A program made the translations under genes and the position numbers. From a virus (taxonomy: Duplodnaviria > Caudoviricetes): 25,270 bases of DNA. Of this stretch, positions 21,819-25,270 are shown in pieces. Position 1 is the stretch's first letter, and each line of letters opens with the position of its first letter. The notes beneath the pieces were generated by a model. That model worked only from the letters and a program-made list of their open reading frames with translations. It was not told where the DNA came from and searched no databases. Location: positions 1-25,270 of IMG/VR virus record IMGVR_UViG_3300025645_000415; one strand, written 5' to 3'.

Positions 21819-23420
21819 TTATAAAGTATTAAATAATTTAATTAATAATTCAGGCACACCTTCTGGCCCATAAACCCTAAAATGTGCATACCATTCAGCT
21901 AGGTATTCCTTATAGTTTGTACGTCCGTATTCTGAAACACTTTTTATTTGTTTAAAACCAACGCCTCTTGTTTCACTTAATTGTTTAAAATGCCTGAAAT
22001 GCCCTATTTCGTGGATAAATGTAACGCCTAGAGACTCAACTTGATCCTCAAAACCGCTTGAAATAGACCAAATTCGTGCCTTTTCGCCGTCTTTTATTTT
22101 AAATTTTATTCTATCAATCTCTCTTTTAAAAGAGTTTATTCTCGAAATTACTTGACTTTGTTTATAGCTTGTATTTCCTAAGTACTTAATTTTATATTCA
22201 TTTATTAAATCTTCTAATTCTTTAATTTGATTTTCATAAGATTTAAAATTATGTTTTGTATGCTTTTTAAAATTAGATAAATTTAAAGAAATTCTATTTT
22301 GAGAAGGAGAATAAACCGCCATTGCATTTGTACGTGCATTTCTATAAGTAGTGATTGAATTTAAACTTAATTTTGAAAATTTATTTTCCTTTTCATATAT
22401 CTTTAATATTTCATTGTATTGTGCTTTTTTTAATCCTTTTAAATTAACATTTTTAACACCTCCAATTTTTAACATTCTTTCCTCTGCCTCTTTTAAAGAC
22501 TTAGCCGGAATAAAAATATTTTGACTTGAACTAACACCTGAAACAACAGTCGCTCCAACATCTGCAACAAAATCTCCTAAACCATAACCCGTCCTAGTTC
22601 CGCCACCTAAACCAAAGTTAATGTCAGAAATCTCTCCAGTCGCTTGTGCAGTTTCTTTAGGAAATGGCGCTATTGAACAACGGCAATTAATTACCTCACT
22701 AGCCGGGCCGCTTGGGTCTCCCGGGTACATCATTAAAGCACCTCCAACCATAAAAGGCTCATTTTGAGGAACTGGCTCACTTGCACCGGCTTCGGCGTGT
22801 GTTGACCTAGTTCTGTCATCAAAAGACGCAATCCACTCTTTCATCATATCGGCCGCCGGGAATATTGTGTTTGCAGATTTTAAAGTTGCAAAATTAGCAG
22901 CACTTGTTGCCTCTGTTCTAACTAATCGCTCCGCTTGAAACGCCGAATACCTATTGAATTGGCTTCTTAAAATCCTAGTCTTTTCTGCAATACCTAAATT
23001 CTGAAAATCAATATCAGTCATTAAATTTTGCGTAACTTTTTGAAGTGTTGCTTTTGCCGTTCCACTTACTAAAGTAACCCTTTCAGCACCTACGGCAGAG
23101 CCATAAGACGCAAAAGAATTTTGCCATTCACTAACATATTGATTTGGATTAACTCCCTTTTTTATGTATTTATCAAAATTTCTTGCATACCATTTGGCAA
23201 ATTGTAAACCAATATCAGAATATAAATCACGATAAATTTTAAGTAATTCGTTTGTACTAAATAAAAGTTGAAAAGATGTTTGACCACTAGACAAAAAAGA
23301 TTCTGCTCCTTTATAGTATTGGTTTTTATAGTATCGCCTTACTTTAGAGGATTGCCTTTTTTCGGCTTTGTCCAATTCCTTTTCAAAAGCCTTTTGCCAT
23401 TTGTCTTTGTCTAACCTCAA
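21819..23420 (-). CDS. MuF (SPP1 gp7-like) minor head protein with C-terminal zincin-like metallopeptidase extension
   Basis: MuF motifs A.R..RTE, KEW....D.RTR.TH, F.VGG..LMYPGDP.GP..EVINCRC; after a Gly-rich linker, HEIGH (21999-22013) ...VSEYGRTN.KEY.AE. TTG start abuts the portal stop. Confidence 0.88.
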   Translation of the reverse strand: MRLDKDKWQKAFEKELDKAEKRQSSKVRRYYKNQYYKGAESFLSSGQTSFQLLFSTNELLKIYRDLYSDIGLQFAKWYARNFDKYIKKGVNPNQYVSEWQNSFASYGSAVGAERVTLVSGTAKATLQKVTQNLMTDIDFQNLGIAEKTRILRSQFNRYSAFQAERLVRTEATSAANFATLKSANTIFPAADMMKEWIASFDDRTRSTHAEAGASEPVPQNEPFMVGGALMMYPGDPSGPASEVINCRCSIAPFPKETAQATGEISDINFGLGGGTRTGYGLGDFVADVGATVVSGVSSSQNIFIPAKSLKEAEERMLKIGGVKNVNLKGLKKAQYNEILKIYEKENKFSKLSLNSITTYRNARTNAMAVYSPSQNRISLNLSNFKKHTKHNFKSYENQIKELEDLINEYKIKYLGNTSYKQSQVISRINSFKREIDRIKFKIKDGEKARIWSISSGFEDQVESLGVTFIHEIGHFRHFKQLSETRGVGFKQIKSVSEYGRTNYKEYLAEWYAHFRVYGPEGVPELLIKLFNTL

Positions 23421-25148
23421 TTAGTCGTCTTTTAATTTGTTTACTTCTCTTATTGCCCAATCAACCCCAGCAGTTCCACCCCATAAGTTCCAAGCTACAT
23501 AGCCGTTGTCCTTCCAAGGCTCTCCCTTATATTTAGGATCTATCTTTGCGTTTTCTCTGTGGCGATTAAATTGTGCCATTCTTTTAACAACATCTAAAGA
23601 AATATTATCTCTGTTTGCGAGTTGCGATGCTCTACGCCAACCGACTTCTGTTCCCGCAGTAACAACATCACGCCCATATTTTTCACGCCATTCAATCATC
23701 CTTTTTGCGTTGTTGGTTGCAGATTGAGGATAATTATTATAGGTTTCAGCCTTAATTATTTCGTTTTTTTTTTGACTTAAAAACTTGTTTACGTCTACAT
23801 CTATTGGCTCAATGGGTAAATCAATATCGCTTGGATTTGTTGGAATTAAATTAGCCGGAATAAAATAATCGTCTAATTGAGTATTTTCCTCATCTTTTCC
23901 GTAGTTCATTGCAGAACGCTTTTCGTTTGGCGTAATCCACCAGGCCTTTGATAATTGGTCAACTACCTTTTCAGTTTCCTCTTGCATCTCAGGAATTACA
24001 GAAAAATCAAACTCAATACAAAGTTTGTCGCCATATTTAGGCGCTAACCATCTGTTTAATTCGTCTTTAATTTTTATAAGTTCCGGAATAACTGCGTTTT
24101 GATATAATGCTTTTTTAGCCTCTTTCATATTGTTGTAAGAGGATGAATCAGTATTGTTTAGTAATTGCACCGGTACATTGTAGATGTTACATAAATCTTT
24201 TATTGAGGCGTTGTATTGTGCTATCAAAGAAACATCAGAGGCATTTAATCCAAAATTAACCCAACTCATTTTGTTTGGAGTTATGATAATATCTCCGGCA
24301 TTGTCCGAGCCTTGGTGCTGACGTCTGAATTTATCTTTTAACTGTTGCGCTTGTACCTCGTTAATATCGCCCATCTCAGAAGTTAGTAAACCTCTTGCAG
24401 TTTGGTTTTGTAAATATTTTACTCCCGTTTGTACCGCCTCATTGTTTGTTGTTAAAGAACGCAAACCCGCTCTTAATGGCGATTGTCCGTACATATGCGA
24501 TCCAGTACCATCATAGTAAGGATTGAAGTCTTTAATGTGGCATATTTCAGACGCATCAATGTATTTTGTTCCGTTGTATTCTAATTTATATTTAGATACT
24601 GGCTCCATTATACCATTAGATATAATCTCCATCACTTGCGACGGCATAACATACAACTCTGTAAATTTGCCAACATTTGCTCCCGTATCAGGGCCAATTC
24701 CATAAATATATCTGTTCCCGGTTAATTTACCAAAAGCAATTAATTCAGTTAGCCAAGCGTTGTAAGATTGTGCCGGATTTGGTCGCTCTAATATTTTATG
24801 TAATTCAGTATCTTGTAATTCAACCAATGCGTTTTTTTGCAATAATGACGCCTTTTGAATAGACGCTGCATCCATCATTCCTGAAGTTAAAGCCTTATAT
24901 CTTTTATAATCGTTTTCGTTTGTCTTTTCATAAACTTGAAACGGAATTGTTGTTGCCGCCTTTGTGATTAAATTAATCAAAGAATATATTGTTGCGTTTT
25001 TCTGATACCCTTGCGTAATATAAGAATCATCGTTCTCAGTATTCCAAAGAACAGAATTACCTAGCCAGTTATAAATGGCTCTGTTATATTGCTCGTTTGT
25101 GTTTTGATTTTTTTTTGAAAAATTGAATCGGTCAAGGAATGAGGCCAT
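23421..25148 (-). CDS. Phage portal protein (HK97 family) with extra C-terminal domain
   Basis: L.RPNP, L.GN.Y, EI.H.K..NP...YG.SPL, IC..YNVP..LL...SYNN, ITPNE.R; then about 110 aa ending GYVAWNLWGG.AG..WA. Confidence 0.95.
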   Translation of the reverse strand: MASFLDRFNFSKKNQNTNEQYNRAIYNWLGNSVLWNTENDDSYITQGYQKNATIYSLINLITKAATTIPFQVYEKTNENDYKRYKALTSGMMDAASIQKASLLQKNALVELQDTELHKILERPNPAQSYNAWLTELIAFGKLTGNRYIYGIGPDTGANVGKFTELYVMPSQVMEIISNGIMEPVSKYKLEYNGTKYIDASEICHIKDFNPYYDGTGSHMYGQSPLRAGLRSLTTNNEAVQTGVKYLQNQTARGLLTSEMGDINEVQAQQLKDKFRRQHQGSDNAGDIIITPNKMSWVNFGLNASDVSLIAQYNASIKDLCNIYNVPVQLLNNTDSSSYNNMKEAKKALYQNAVIPELIKIKDELNRWLAPKYGDKLCIEFDFSVIPEMQEETEKVVDQLSKAWWITPNEKRSAMNYGKDEENTQLDDYFIPANLIPTNPSDIDLPIEPIDVDVNKFLSQKKNEIIKAETYNNYPQSATNNAKRMIEWREKYGRDVVTAGTEVGWRRASQLANRDNISLDVVKRMAQFNRHRENAKIDPKYKGEPWKDNGYVAWNLWGGTAGVDWAIREVNKLKDD

Positions 25149-25172
25149 ATTTTAAAGTAATATAAAATTTTC

Positions 25173-25195
25173 GTAAAAATACAAAATTTAAAATT
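25173..25195 (-). promoter_or_regulatory. Putative promoter upstream of portal (GTATTTTTAC)
   Basis: Same motif family as 14832-14853, 10154 and 21613. Confidence 0.5.
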
Positions 25196-25199
25196 GTTT

Positions 25200-25270
25200 T
25201 TAAACTACAAAAAAGTTGTTAATTAAATTCCTTTCAATAGCGTAGGAAGTTACGTCAATGTGTTCATCGT
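25200..25270 (-). CDS. terL: Terminase large subunit, C-terminal end (truncated by window)
   Basis: Manual: ...DEHIDVTSYAIERNLINNFFVV*, matching the (H)DD..D..S.A nuclease-domain motif; directly upstream of the portal. Confidence 0.75.
   Translation of the reverse strand, partial: DEHIDVTSYAIERNLINNFFVV

Noticed and set aside
984-24862. Other plus-strand ORFs (984, 10151, 23506, 24523, 24677)
   Set aside because: All lie opposite well-supported minus-strand genes.
1-25270. Stop-codon reassignment (the stops I checked were TAA or TAG, not TGA)
   Set aside because: Core genes are full length under the standard code and pack tightly; TGA scarcity is unremarkable in an AT-rich genome.
1-25270. 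tRNA, rRNA, IS elements, integrase/att sites
   Set aside because: No cloverleaf, transposase or recombinase motifs seen; intergenic gaps are short and mostly explained by terminators and promoters.

Overview
A 25.3-kb, AT-rich piece of a tailed dsDNA phage genome with an HK97-type head and siphovirus-type tail. All credible genes are on the minus strand. In transcription order (right to left): 3' end of terminase large subunit; portal with an extra C-terminal domain; MuF minor head protein with a C-terminal HEXXH metallopeptidase-like extension, then a small Cys/His protein; prohead protease; major capsid; an accessory island (DUF3310, Zn-finger peptide, PD-(D/E)XK endonuclease); head-tail joining genes; amidase endolysin and holin; two paralogous LamG-like fibre/adhesin genes; a three-gene membrane/secreted cassette; major tail protein; tail chaperone with a GGGAAAG -1 frameshift; tape measure; tail-tip protein. 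An early module follows directly: HTH, Sak, SSB, RecE-like exonuclease, DnaA domain IV-like protein, VRR-NUC, and a replication initiator containing three iterons beside an AT-rich tract. TAnnTTTG-like promoters, A-rich leaders without Shine-Dalgarno sequences and a Gln after a signal peptide point to a Bacteroidota (probably Flavobacteriia) host (inference). The best leads are the MuF toxin/immunity-like pair, the portal-fused 'LWGG' domain behind an A10 slippery tract, a short motif shared between the tail-tip protein and an unannotated peptide, and a possible non-canonical envelope/lysis cassette. Family calls come from motif recognition by eye; no searches were run.
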